Shown: one piece after another, positions 1 through 8,570 of the stretch
How the letters are laid out: each line of letters begins with the position of its first letter
Position numbering within the stretch: position 1 is the stretch's first letter
Made by a program: the position numbers and the translations under genes
Notes under the pieces: generated by a model
Databases searched by the model: none
What the model was told of the DNA's origin: nothing
The model's input: only the letters and a program-made list of their open reading frames with translations
Assembly (NCBI GenBank): GCA_051005855.1
Contig: JBPCIY010000057.1
Span: 7,351-71,350, forward strand
Length of the DNA: 64,000 nucleotides
From: Solirubrobacteraceae bacterium
GTDB taxonomy: Bacteria > Actinomycetota > Thermoleophilia > Solirubrobacterales > Solirubrobacteraceae
Direction: 5' to 3'

Positions 1-454
1 GTGGGCTCGACATCAGGCGGTCGGTCAGGATCACCCCGATGGCACGGCCGGCGGCGGTCATCGGGGCACAGACGAGCCGCGCCGGCTCGGCGACCAGGGC
101 CGCGTACTCGTCGGGCACCTGGCCGGTCACGTCGCCGTCCACCTCGACCACCTGGTCCTCCCGCAGCGCCCGGGCCGCGATCGGCGCCGACTCGACGGTC
201 ACGTACGCGCTCGCGAACTGGGCCACGTCCATGCCGTGGGCGCCGGTGGCGCGCACCCGTCGAAGGGTGCTGTCGTAGCGGAAGATGACCGCCCGGCGCA
301 TTCGGGCCAACCGGCAGACGGCCTCGCACAGGCGGTCATAGAACGAGTCTGACCCCGCCGCATCCGGCTCGGATTGCGACAGGACAGCGACGAACAGCTC
401 GAGCGCGTCGATCCCGAGGTCCACCCGCCCGTCGCCCGGCGTCCCGACGTTCAC
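1..454 (-). CDS. GAF-domain protein, probably a sensor; 3' part runs off the window
   Basis: Open minus-strand frame from GTG 454 to the edge, absent from the ORF track. It reads ...RRAVIFRYDSTLRRVRATGAHG...RLVCAPMTAAGRAIGVILTD, a GAF-like pattern (P-x-x-x-x-G-x-x-I-G-V). Confidence 0.6.
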   Translation of the reverse strand, partial: MNVGTPGDGRVDLGIDALELFVAVLSQSEPDAAGSDSFYDRLCEAVCRLARMRRAVIFRYDSTLRRVRATGAHGMDVAQFASAYVTVESAPIAARALREDQVVEVDGDVTGQVPDEYAALVAEPARLVCAPMTAAGRAIGVILTDRLMSSP

Positions 455-500
455 AGACGGCTTCGCCCCCGGTCGCGTCGGTGGCGCCGGCCCGCCCCGC

Positions 501-740
501 TCAGGCGGCGGGGGCGTGATCCATCAGCCCGAGGCGCAGCGTCTGCTCGAGCGTCAGGTACACCAGCCACCGCTCCTCGCAGGTGAGACACCGGCATTGC
601 ACCGAAGGATCGTAGCCCTGTAGCGCCGCCGACCACTCGATCTCGTCGCTGCGCAGGCACACGGGACAGGCCAGTGAGGCGTGGACGAGCTCGTCGGGAT
701 CATCGGGGCGAAAGCGGGCCACGTCGGTATAGGCGAGCAT
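501..740 (-). CDS. Small hypothetical protein with two CxxC pairs (putative Zn-binding)
   Basis: ATG 740: MLAYTDVARF...LACPVC...CRCLTC...; the upstream extension in the ORF track looks non-coding. Confidence 0.6.
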   Translation of the reverse strand: MLAYTDVARFRPDDPDELVHASLACPVCLRSDEIEWSAALQGYDPSVQCRCLTCEERWLVYLTLEQTLRLGLMDHAPAA

Positions 741-917
741 CAGATCAGCATGCTGCGGCACCGGCGCGCGGGCAAGGCAACGGTGCCGACAACCCCCCGG
801 GTGGGGGGGCCGGCTTGCCATCGGCCAGCAGTATCCGTGGCGCTCCCGTCCCCGCCCCGGTTGGCAGCGAAATGTTGCGCCAGGAGCGTCAGACCGCTCC
901 CGACTCACCGGGAGCGA

Positions 918-2045
918 TTAGCCGGCTACGACCGCGTCTACCCGGGCGATCGGGCGCTTGCCCCACCGGCTCCGGGTGGCGAAGTCCAGCAGCCGCTCCA
1001 GGTAATCGCGCAGCGGGGTCGCCCGGATCCCCTGGGGCTCCAGGCGGGCCTGGGTGGCCGCTTGGTCAAAGACGGTGTCGATCGCGAAGTAAGGGAAGTA
1101 GATCCGGCTCGCGTCCAGGGCGGAGTGCTCGACCGCCCCGCACTCCAGCGCGGCGAACTCCTCGGGCGGCAGCACCCGGGGCAGCGGGCGGCGGAAGTAG
1201 CGGCTGGCCAGCTGCGCGATCTCGCCCATCGTGCTCGCCCCCGCGCCCGCGGTCAGGTGGTAGGTCGCGCCGATCCCGCCTTCGGACTCACACAGGGCAT
1301 GGACCGCGTCGGCCACGTAGTCGACCGAGACGACATCGACGGGCGCTGTGGGGATCGCCGGCACGGCGGTGAAGAGACCACGGGCAAAGGCCCGCAGCGG
1401 CCAGTAGAGAACGTTGAAGGCCGATGTCCAGCCCGAGCTGCAGTCGCCGACGATGATGCTCGGCCGCAGGATCGTGGCCGGCAGCCCCGAGCGCGAGCGC
1501 ACGAGCTGCTCGGCCTCGAACTTGGAGCGCTCGTAGGAGTTGTGGAAGGTCTGGCCGAGATCGAGGTCGTGCTCGGCGAAGTTCCCGGCGTGGTTCCCGG
1601 CCACGTAGGCCGTTGAGATGTGGGCGTAGCGGTCCAGACCGCCGCGCGCCTGGGCACACTCGGCGAACTCGAGCACGCTACGCGTGCCCTGGACGTTGAT
1701 CGCCCGGGCCTCCTTCAGCGGGAGCGCGAACGCGACCGAGGCGGCGCTGTGCACGATCGTCGTCACCCGTTCGGCGAGCCCGGCGCGCAGCTCGGGGCTG
1801 AGCCCGAGTCCGGGCGCCGTCAGATCGGCGGCGTGGGCCGAGACCCGATCGCGGTGCCGCGCCGCGCGCGCCCCGAACAGATTGGCCAGGACGGCGTCCA
1901 TCCGCTCCTGGGCGGCGCGATCGTCGGTGGCGCGCACGAGCGTCACCACGCGTCGTTCGCTGCGCTCCAGATAGCGGGCGAGCAGCTCCATGCCGACAAA
2001 GCCGGTGGTCCCGGTGAGCAGGACGTCGCCCGGCGCCGCGCTCAT
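918..2045 (-). CDS. Extended SDR, thioester/fatty acyl reductase family (NAD_binding_4)
   Basis: LLTGTTGFVG Rossmann motif, HSAA, ISTAYV, catalytic YERSK, ILRPSII. Confidence 0.85.
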   Translation of the reverse strand: MSAAPGDVLLTGTTGFVGMELLARYLERSERRVVTLVRATDDRAAQERMDAVLANLFGARAARHRDRVSAHAADLTAPGLGLSPELRAGLAERVTTIVHSAASVAFALPLKEARAINVQGTRSVLEFAECAQARGGLDRYAHISTAYVAGNHAGNFAEHDLDLGQTFHNSYERSKFEAEQLVRSRSGLPATILRPSIIVGDCSSGWTSAFNVLYWPLRAFARGLFTAVPAIPTAPVDVVSVDYVADAVHALCESEGGIGATYHLTAGAGASTMGEIAQLASRYFRRPLPRVLPPEEFAALECGAVEHSALDASRIYFPYFAIDTVFDQAATQARLEPQGIRATPLRDYLERLLDFATRSRWGKRPIARVDAVVAG

Positions 2046-3505
2046 CGCGTATCGATCAGGGGACGAAGGGCCCAGACCAGCCGGCGCCGCGTGTCGGTGG
2101 GCGCGATCAGCTCGTCCACGTACCCCGAGGCGGCGGCGACCTGGGGGCGCAACTGCTCCTCGGTGTAGTCACGGGCCAGGCGCTCACGCTCGGCCTCGGG
2201 ATCCTCGGCGGCGGCCAGCGCCCGGCGGTGGATGACACCGACGGCCGGCTTGGCCCCCATCACGCCGATCTCGGCTCCGGGCCACGCGAACACGTAGTCG
2301 GCGCCGAGATCCTTTGAGTTCATGGTGATGTAGGCCCCCCCGAAGGCCTTGCGGAGGATGACCGTGACCCGCGGGACGGTCGCCTCCGCGAAGGCATGGA
2401 CCAGGGTGGCGCCGTGGCGGATCACGCCGGCGGCTTCCTGCCGGGTGCCCGGCATGTACCCGGGCGTGTCGACGAGGACGACCAGCGGGATCCCGAACGA
2501 GTCACATTTGCGCACGAAACGCGCGCCCTTCTCAGAGCTGGCCGCGTCGAGCGTCCCGCCCAGATAACGAGGCTGGTTGGCGATCACGCCCACCGGACGG
2601 CCGTCGATCCGGGCCATCGCGGTGACCAGGTTGCGCGCCCACCCGGCCGAGATCTCGAGCAGCTCGCCGCCGTCGACCAGTGAGGCGATGACGTCGCGAA
2701 CGTCGTAGACGCGGCGCGGCGACTCGGGGACGTGGACCCCGGGGTCACGGCCGCCAGCGGGGCGGGCGGGCACCGTGGGCAGCGGCGCGGCGTGATGACT
2801 GGGCAGGTAGCCGAGCAGGTCACGGGCGAGCGCGGCCGAGGCGAGGTCACTGCCGGTCACGAAGTGACAGACGCCGTTGCGGGTGTGGACCCGGGTGCCG
2901 CCCAGCTCCTGCGGTCCGACGTCCTCCCCGAGCGCCTCGCGGACCACGCCGGGGCCAGTCAGGAACATGCTCGAGGACTCGGTCATCACGATCCAGTCGG
3001 TCAGGGCCGGCGAGTAGGCGCCGCCACCGGCCGAAAGGCCACTCACGATCGAGATCTGGGGCACGCGGCCCGAGAGGGCGACCGACCGGCGGAAGATCCG
3101 CCCGTAGCCGCCCAGCGCCGCGACGCCCTCCTGCATCCGGGCGCCGCCCGAGGAGACAAAGCTGACCACCGGGGCGCGAGCGCGGTCGGCGAGCTCGAGC
3201 ACGCGGACGATGGTCCCGGCGTGGGCCTCGCCCAGCGAACCGCCGGCAAAGGACGGATCCTGGGCATAACAGAACACGGGCCGCCCCTCGACCAGGCCCG
3301 AGCCGCCCAGCACACCGTCGCCGTGGCGAGCCCGATCGCCCATCGCGGCCGAGATGACCTCGGAGCGGATCAGGTGCAGGCTGCCGGGATCGCAGAGCGT
3401 CTCCAGGCGCTCGAGCGGACCGACGCCCCGCTGCGACGAGGACGGTCCGACGCCGGGTTCGATGCGCGGACGGGGAGCGACGGCAATGCTCACGGGCGCC
3501 CCCAT
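2042..3505 (-). CDS. Acyl-CoA carboxylase carboxyltransferase (beta) subunit
   Basis: GGSLG, SGGARMQEG, GGGAYSPALTD, VDTPGYMPG, RKAFGGAY; 4-bp overlap with the downstream gene. Confidence 0.92.
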   Translation of the reverse strand: MGAPVSIAVAPRPRIEPGVGPSSSQRGVGPLERLETLCDPGSLHLIRSEVISAAMGDRARHGDGVLGGSGLVEGRPVFCYAQDPSFAGGSLGEAHAGTIVRVLELADRARAPVVSFVSSGGARMQEGVAALGGYGRIFRRSVALSGRVPQISIVSGLSAGGGAYSPALTDWIVMTESSSMFLTGPGVVREALGEDVGPQELGGTRVHTRNGVCHFVTGSDLASAALARDLLGYLPSHHAAPLPTVPARPAGGRDPGVHVPESPRRVYDVRDVIASLVDGGELLEISAGWARNLVTAMARIDGRPVGVIANQPRYLGGTLDAASSEKGARFVRKCDSFGIPLVVLVDTPGYMPGTRQEAAGVIRHGATLVHAFAEATVPRVTVILRKAFGGAYITMNSKDLGADYVFAWPGAEIGVMGAKPAVGVIHRRALAAAEDPEAERERLARDYTEEQLRPQVAAASGYVDELIAPTDTRRRLVWALRPLIDTR

Positions 3506-4491
3506 TCGATCACGGTCGCGCCCCAGGTGAAGCCGGCCCCGAAGGCGCCGAGCAGCACGCGGTGGCCGGGGCGCAGCAGGCCCTCGCGCTCGCTGAAGGC
3601 CAGCGCCAATGGGAGCGTCGCCGCCGAGGTGTTGCCCAGCTGGGCGATGCAGTCCACCACCCGCTCGGGGGCGAGCCCGAGGCGCTCGCCGACCGCCGAG
3701 AGGATCCGTCCGTTGGCCTGGTGGTAGACGAACAGGTCGATGTCGTCGAGGCGGGTCCCGGCCGCCTGCACGGCCTGCAGCGTGGCCAGGGTCAGGCGGG
3801 CGACCGCCTCGCGGAAGGTCTCGTGGCCGCGCATCCGGATCACGCCGTCGTCGCGGGCGACCTTGATGTGCTCGGCGCCGGCGCCGTCGGCGCCGAGCAC
3901 GATCGGGCCGATGCGACCGGCCCCCGCCGTCTCGAGCACGACGGCTCCCGCGCCGTCGGCGAACACGGCGGCGGTGGCGCGGTCCTCGGGGTCGGTGATC
4001 CGCGTCATCAGGTCCGCGCCGATCACCAACACGATGTCCGCCCGGCCGGCTTCGATCTGACCGGTGCCCACGGCGAGCGCGGACAGGAAGCCGGTGCAGG
4101 CCGATCCGACGTCGAAGGCGCCAGCGCGGGTGGCGCCGATCGCGTGGGCGACCAGCGGCGCCGCGCCGGGCATGACCTCGTCAGCGGTGGTGGTGGCGAC
4201 GATGACCAGATCGACGTCGCGCGGATCGACGCCGGCCCGGTTCAGGGCGCGCAGACCGGCCCGGGCGGCGTGGCCGTCCAGCCGCTCATCGGGGGCGGCG
4301 GCGCGGCGGTTGAGGATCCCGGTGCGCCGCTCGATCCAAGCGTCCGGCACGCCGATGCGGGCCGCGATCTCGTGGTTGGGGACCACTCGCTCGGGCAGGC
4401 TGATGCCGACCGCAGCTGCAACCGCACCCGGTCGGGCGGCCAGCTCGGGCACGCGGGGGGTCTGGCTTTCGGGCACGAGAGTCGAGCTCAC
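3490..4491 (-). CDS. fabH: Beta-ketoacyl-ACP synthase III
   Basis: Cys-His-Asn triad: SACTGF, YHQAN, LGNTSAA; FGAGFTWG C-terminus. Confidence 0.9.
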   Translation of the reverse strand: MSSTLVPESQTPRVPELAARPGAVAAAVGISLPERVVPNHEIAARIGVPDAWIERRTGILNRRAAAPDERLDGHAARAGLRALNRAGVDPRDVDLVIVATTTADEVMPGAAPLVAHAIGATRAGAFDVGSACTGFLSALAVGTGQIEAGRADIVLVIGADLMTRITDPEDRATAAVFADGAGAVVLETAGAGRIGPIVLGADGAGAEHIKVARDDGVIRMRGHETFREAVARLTLATLQAVQAAGTRLDDIDLFVYHQANGRILSAVGERLGLAPERVVDCIAQLGNTSAATLPLALAFSEREGLLRPGHRVLLGAFGAGFTWGATVIEWGRP

Positions 4492-4885
4492 GCGACCTAC
4501 GCTGGCGGTCGGGGGCGCGATCCGCCACGCCGCGGGCCTGAAGTCCAGACAACCGGGGGGTCGACGGTGGGGCCGGAAATAGCGAAGCTCGCCGTGACGC
4601 CCGAGGAGAAGGAAGGCGTCAGGCGGAGCAACACGACGGTTATACGAGCCGCAGCTCGGGTCCGTGTAGCGAGGTTGTAAACGGACCGGTGGCGGTTAGC
4701 CGGGGCCTGGGGCGAGATCGTCGATCAGCCCGGCCAGCCGGCCTCGTCGGCGAGATCGCGCGCGCGGCGCGGCCGCCGGACTCCAAGCGGGTGTGCCCGA
4801 TGTTCCGCCACCCCTTGCTTGCATCGATGGCTCGGCCCATGCCGACCGCCGAGCTGGCCGCGAGCGCCATCGCCTGACGCAGCGG

Positions 4886-5269
4886 TCAGGCCACGAGGCG
4901 CGCAAAGAGCGCGCCGAGCGTCTGCTCGGGGTCCTCGCACAGGCCGGTATGGACCTCCGAGGGCTGGACAGTCGTACTCGACGGTGCGGCCAGCCAGCCG
5001 AAGCGCTCGGACTGATCGAGGGCCGCCACCCCGCCTGCGTCCGGGTCGCCGTGCGCGACCCGGATCAGCCCCTCGAGATGATCGGTCAAATCGGCAGACG
5101 CCACCCCGGGGGCGAGCGCCCGCAGACGGTCCGGGTCGAGCGCGACGCGGAGATCGAGAAAGTGGCGCTGGCGACAGAAGAGGATGACCCCGACGTTGAA
5201 CCGCTCGCCTCGCTCGACGCTCGGCACGACCCGCAGGATCGTGTAGCTGAACGGGTCAGTGACGGTCAC
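4886..5269 (-). CDS. DUF3037 domain protein
   Basis: FSYTILRVVPSVERGERFNVGVILFC...ERFGWLAAPSSTTVQPSEVHTGLC; overlaps the upstream kinase gene. Confidence 0.85.
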   Translation of the reverse strand: MTVTDPFSYTILRVVPSVERGERFNVGVILFCRQRHFLDLRVALDPDRLRALAPGVASADLTDHLEGLIRVAHGDPDAGGVAALDQSERFGWLAAPSSTTVQPSEVHTGLCEDPEQTLGALFARLVA

Positions 5270-6026
5270 GGGCCCTCTCGGCCTCGGTCACGAACGCGCC
5301 CGCGGCCAGCCGGCGGTGCAGGTAGTCGGCGTACACCTCGGGGCCGTCGCCGGTGAACCACTCGGCCGGCACGAGCGCGATCGCGGCCTCGATCGCGCCC
5401 TCCGGGAGCCGGCTGCGCAGACGGCGGTCGGCCTCGGTGATCGAACCGGCCTGGGCCAGCAAGACGTGCTCGGCGATCTGCGGAAACGGGCGCTCGGCGT
5501 GGCCGGCCGGGTCCAGCCCGCCGTGCTGGAGGTAGAGCGCCGCGCCGTGGTCGATCAGCCACAGCCGTCCGTGCCAGAGCAGCAGGTTGGGATTGCGGGG
5601 AGTGCGGTCGACGTTGGTGGTCAGCGCGTCGAGCCAGACGACCTCGGCGGCCAGCTCAGGGTCGGGCGGCCACGCCCCGGCCGGCGTGTAGGCCAGCGCA
5701 CCGGGGAGAAAATCCACCCCCAGGTTGACCCCTTGGCTGGCGGCGATCAGCTCCTGGATCTCGAGGTCGGGCTCGGCCGCGCCGAGCCGGGCGTCGATCG
5801 ACGCCCGGACCAGTTCGGGCACGGGCAGCGCGAGGCGGCGGGCGAGCTCACCGACGATCACCTCGGCCACCAGCGTGCGCGGGCCCTGCCCGGCCCCGCG
5901 GAACTTGAGCACGTAGAGCCCGTCGTCATCGGCCTCGACCAAGCCCGGGAGCGATCCACCCTCCCGCAGGGGGGTCACATAGCGGGTCGCCTGGACCTCG
6001 CGCAGAGCGTCAACGGTTACCGGCAT
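5256..6026 (-). CDS. HipA-like kinase (HipA_2 type)
   Basis: ATG 6026; EGGSLP loop, VLKF lysine, NVDRTPRNPN catalytic loop, LIDHG metal-binding motif. Confidence 0.85.
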   Translation of the reverse strand: MPVTVDALREVQATRYVTPLREGGSLPGLVEADDDGLYVLKFRGAGQGPRTLVAEVIVGELARRLALPVPELVRASIDARLGAAEPDLEIQELIAASQGVNLGVDFLPGALAYTPAGAWPPDPELAAEVVWLDALTTNVDRTPRNPNLLLWHGRLWLIDHGAALYLQHGGLDPAGHAERPFPQIAEHVLLAQAGSITEADRRLRSRLPEGAIEAAIALVPAEWFTGDGPEVYADYLHRRLAAGAFVTEAERARDRH

Positions 6027-6033
6027 GCGGGCC

Positions 6034-6043
6034 TTTCTACCAT
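6034..6043. promoter_or_regulatory. Overlapping divergent -10 elements (TACCAT on +, TAGAAA on -), each 7 nt from a start codon; leaderless-type
   Basis: TACCAT 6038-6043 precedes GTG 6051; TAGAAA (minus, 6039-6034) precedes ATG 6026. Confidence 0.5.
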
Positions 6044-6050
6044 CTACTGG

Positions 6051-7082
6051 GTGCTCCTCTCCGTGTTGGACCAGTCCCCCATCGCCGAAGGCTCCACCGG
6101 CGCGCAGGCGCTGCACAACACGCTGGACCTCGCGCAGCTGACCGACGCGCTCGGCTATCACCGCTACTGGGTGGCCGAGCACCACGGCGGTCCGATGCTG
6201 GCCGGCCCGAGCCCGGAGGTCCTGATCGGCCCGATCGCGGCCGCGACCGAGGCCATACGAGTCGGCAGCGGCGGCGTGATGCTCCCCCACTACAGCCCGC
6301 TCAAGGTCGCCGAGTCGTTCACGATCCTGGCCGCGCTGTACCCCGGACGCATCGACCTCGGCCTGGGCCGGGCGGCGGGCACCGATCAGCTGACCACGTT
6401 CGCGCTCCAGCGCGACCGCCGCCAGGCCGCCCCCGACGATTTCCCCCAGCAGCTCGCGGAGCTGCTGGCCTATTTCGAGGATGACCTGCCCGAGGACCAC
6501 CCCTTCCGCCACCTGGCCAAGACGCTGCCCGGACGCCCGGAGCTGCCCGCGCCCTGGCTGCTCGGCTCCTCGCAGCAGAGCGCGATCTGGGCCGCCGAGC
6601 TCGGCCTGCCCTACGCCTTTGCGGACTTCATCAACCCGGGCGGCTCAGAGCTCGCCCGCCTTTACCGTGAGCGCTTCGCTCCCGTGCGTGAGCTCAAGAG
6701 CCCGCGGACCGCGGTCGCCGCGTGGGTGCTGTGCGCGCCCACCGACGAGGAGGCGCTGGAGCTCGCGGCGTCGAGCCGGATGACGTTCACGCTCCTGCGC
6801 CGGGGTCAGCTGATCGCCGTCCCGCCGCCCGAGACGGCGCTCGCCTTTTTGGCCCGCGAGGGCCACCCGACGGGCGGCGCACCCCGGGGCCGGCGCGCGA
6901 TCGTCGGCTCACCCGAGAAGGTCCGCTCCGAACTCGAGACCTTGGCCTCCGACTACGGCGCCGAGGAGGTGATCGTGGTCACGATCACCTACGAGCACGG
7001 CGCGCGGCGGCGCTCCTACGAGTTGCTGGCCGAAGCGATGGGCCTGGTGCCCCGCGCGCTGACGGCGGCCGCGACGGCTTAG
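6051..7082 (+). CDS. LLM-class flavin-dependent oxidoreductase (luciferase-like)
   Basis: LSVLDQSPI, RYWVAEHH, RVGSGGVMLPHYSPLKVAE, GRIDLGLGRA. Confidence 0.92.
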   Translation: MLLSVLDQSPIAEGSTGAQALHNTLDLAQLTDALGYHRYWVAEHHGGPMLAGPSPEVLIGPIAAATEAIRVGSGGVMLPHYSPLKVAESFTILAALYPGRIDLGLGRAAGTDQLTTFALQRDRRQAAPDDFPQQLAELLAYFEDDLPEDHPFRHLAKTLPGRPELPAPWLLGSSQQSAIWAAELGLPYAFADFINPGGSELARLYRERFAPVRELKSPRTAVAAWVLCAPTDEEALELAASSRMTFTLLRRGQLIAVPPPETALAFLAREGHPTGGAPRGRRAIVGSPEKVRSELETLASDYGAEEVIVVTITYEHGARRRSYELLAEAMGLVPRALTAAATA

Positions 7083-7103
7083 GGAGAAGCCTGACCGGCC
7101 GGG

Positions 7104-7418
7104 TTAGGGCAGTAGTTGGAGTGTCATTGCATGCTGAGCGCGGACAATGCCGAAGTGGCGGGATCGAGCGTCGCGATCTCGGCGATCCCGCGCCGTTCGG
7201 CCAAGGCGATCACGGAGGCGTCGACGCTGCCGAGCGGCAAGTCGTGGTAACGGGCGACGAGCTCGGCCATCCTGATGAGATCAGCGGCGTGCACGGGCTC
7301 GAGGGTGAAGTTGCCCGAGGTCAGGACGGGTCTCGAGCAGTTCCCGGCACGTTGAGTGGTGGGCATCGTCGCCGTCGACGTACGCGTACAACGGGCCTGA
7401 GTCCACAATCAGAGCGAT
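7104..7418 (-). pseudogene. vapC: VapC/PIN toxin pseudogene (no canonical start codon, internal deletion, frameshifts)
   Basis: Three frames give ALIVDSGPLYAYVDGDDAHH..., then ...RYHDLPLGSVDASVIALAERRGIAEIATLD, then RHFGIVR...LLP-stop. The central PIN helix carrying the conserved Glu is absent. Confidence 0.8.
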
Positions 7419-7540
7419 CGGCTGGCCTCCGCAGCGATGATCTCTTCGATCCGCTCGGAAATCGTCGTGCCACACCGCCGGGCCTCGTGACGAAGCCGAG
7501 CGTCTAGCTCATCCGGGAGCTTGATCGTGGTGCGCTGCAT
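7409..7540 (-). pseudogene. vapB: Shortened ribbon-helix-helix (VapB/CopG-like) antitoxin, 43 aa
   Basis: MQRTTIKLPDELDARLRHEARRCGTTISERIEEIIAAEASRSL; RHH N-terminus, directly upstream of the PIN remnant. Confidence 0.7.
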
Positions 7541-7543
7541 GGG

Positions 7544-7555
7544 TATGCCGGCATA
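7544..7555. promoter_or_regulatory. Perfect 12-bp palindrome TATGCCGGCATA, putative antitoxin operator
   Basis: Lies 3 nt upstream of the antitoxin ATG; TA operons typically autoregulate through such sites. Confidence 0.55.
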
Positions 7556-7581
7556 TCATCGGGTGCCGGAGATCCGGGCCC

Positions 7582-8499
7582 TCACCGCGAAGCGTGGTCG
7601 GCGTCGGCCGGCGAGAGACCCAAACGCGCACGGATCGCCGCGATCACGGCGGGCGGCACGGCAGCCTCAGTGAGCGCCGCCACCAGCCGGCGCTCTTCGT
7701 CGCGCAGCTCAGCCGCCGTCTCGAACTCCTGGGAGTCGGCCGCCCGTTGCTTGCCGTCACGAGCTTGTGCGAGCTGGCGCGAGAGGTCGTCCTCAGAAGG
7801 GCCCGACTCCGCGCGGGCGCGCTCGACCGCGGCGGCGAGCCCGTCGAGGGGCACCCCGAGCGCGGCCAGGGCAGCCGCCGCGCGGGTCTCCGGCGCGCTG
7901 GCCAGGGCGAGCAGGAGGTCACCGCTGTCGGGCGGGCGCCCCAGCTCCCGCTCGATCTCGCCCCCGAGCCGTCCGAGGGCCGGACCGAGACCGCCGAGCC
8001 AGGACCGCTCCATCGTCTCCCCCCCGCCGGCGCCTCTCGCCACGAGCTCCATCCGCCACGGCGGATGACCCGACAGGATCCGGAACACCTCGTTGCGCAC
8101 CTTCTCGGAGTCGGCATCCAAATCGAGCAGGACGCGGACCGCCACGCCCTCGTTCTCGTGCACCAGCCCGAGCAGGATGTGCTCGGTCCCGATGTAGTTG
8201 TGGCCGAGGCTCAGGGCTTGGCGCAAGGCCAGCTCGAGCACCTTCTTCGCGCGCGGCGTGAACGGGATCTGACCCGAGGTGATCTCTTCGCCGGAGCCGA
8301 CGATCCGGACGACCTGGTCGCGCACGCGCTGGACGGTGATGTCCAGTGACTCGAGCGCCCGGGCGGCGAGGCCCTCCTCCTCCCGCAACAGCCCGAGCAG
8401 GATGTGCTCGGTGCCGATGTAGTTGTGCCTGAGGGTCCGCGCCTCCTCCTGAGCCAGGACGACGACCTGCCGGGCACGCTCGGTGAATTTTTCAAACAG
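7582..8499 (-). CDS. Clp N-terminal repeat protein with a UVR coiled-coil and no AAA+ domain
   Basis: (CTG)FEKFTERARQVVVLAQEEARTLRHNYIGTEHILLGL and FTPRAKKVLELALRQALSLGHNYIGTEH match the ClpC NTD; KQRAADSQEFETAAELRDEE is UVR-like. Confidence 0.85.
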   Translation of the reverse strand: MFEKFTERARQVVVLAQEEARTLRHNYIGTEHILLGLLREEEGLAARALESLDITVQRVRDQVVRIVGSGEEITSGQIPFTPRAKKVLELALRQALSLGHNYIGTEHILLGLVHENEGVAVRVLLDLDADSEKVRNEVFRILSGHPPWRMELVARGAGGGETMERSWLGGLGPALGRLGGEIERELGRPPDSGDLLLALASAPETRAAAALAALGVPLDGLAAAVERARAESGPSEDDLSRQLAQARDGKQRAADSQEFETAAELRDEERRLVAALTEAAVPPAVIAAIRARLGLSPADADHASR

Positions 8500-8570
8500 G
8501 GTTCAAGGATCCCAGCCCCAGGCGCATGTGGCAAGCCGTTAGGTCCGACGATCCCGGGTAGGATCGCTCC

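Noticed and set aside
4640-4905. Short ORFs between fabH and DUF3037
   Set aside because: No recognisable motif; possibly a decayed fragment, but I cannot support a call.
5259-6512. Long N-terminal extensions on the LLM and kinase ORFs (similarly recB from 29073, hydrolase from 36501, AKR from 39605)
   Set aside because: The extensions run over neighbouring genes; family N-termini place the starts downstream.
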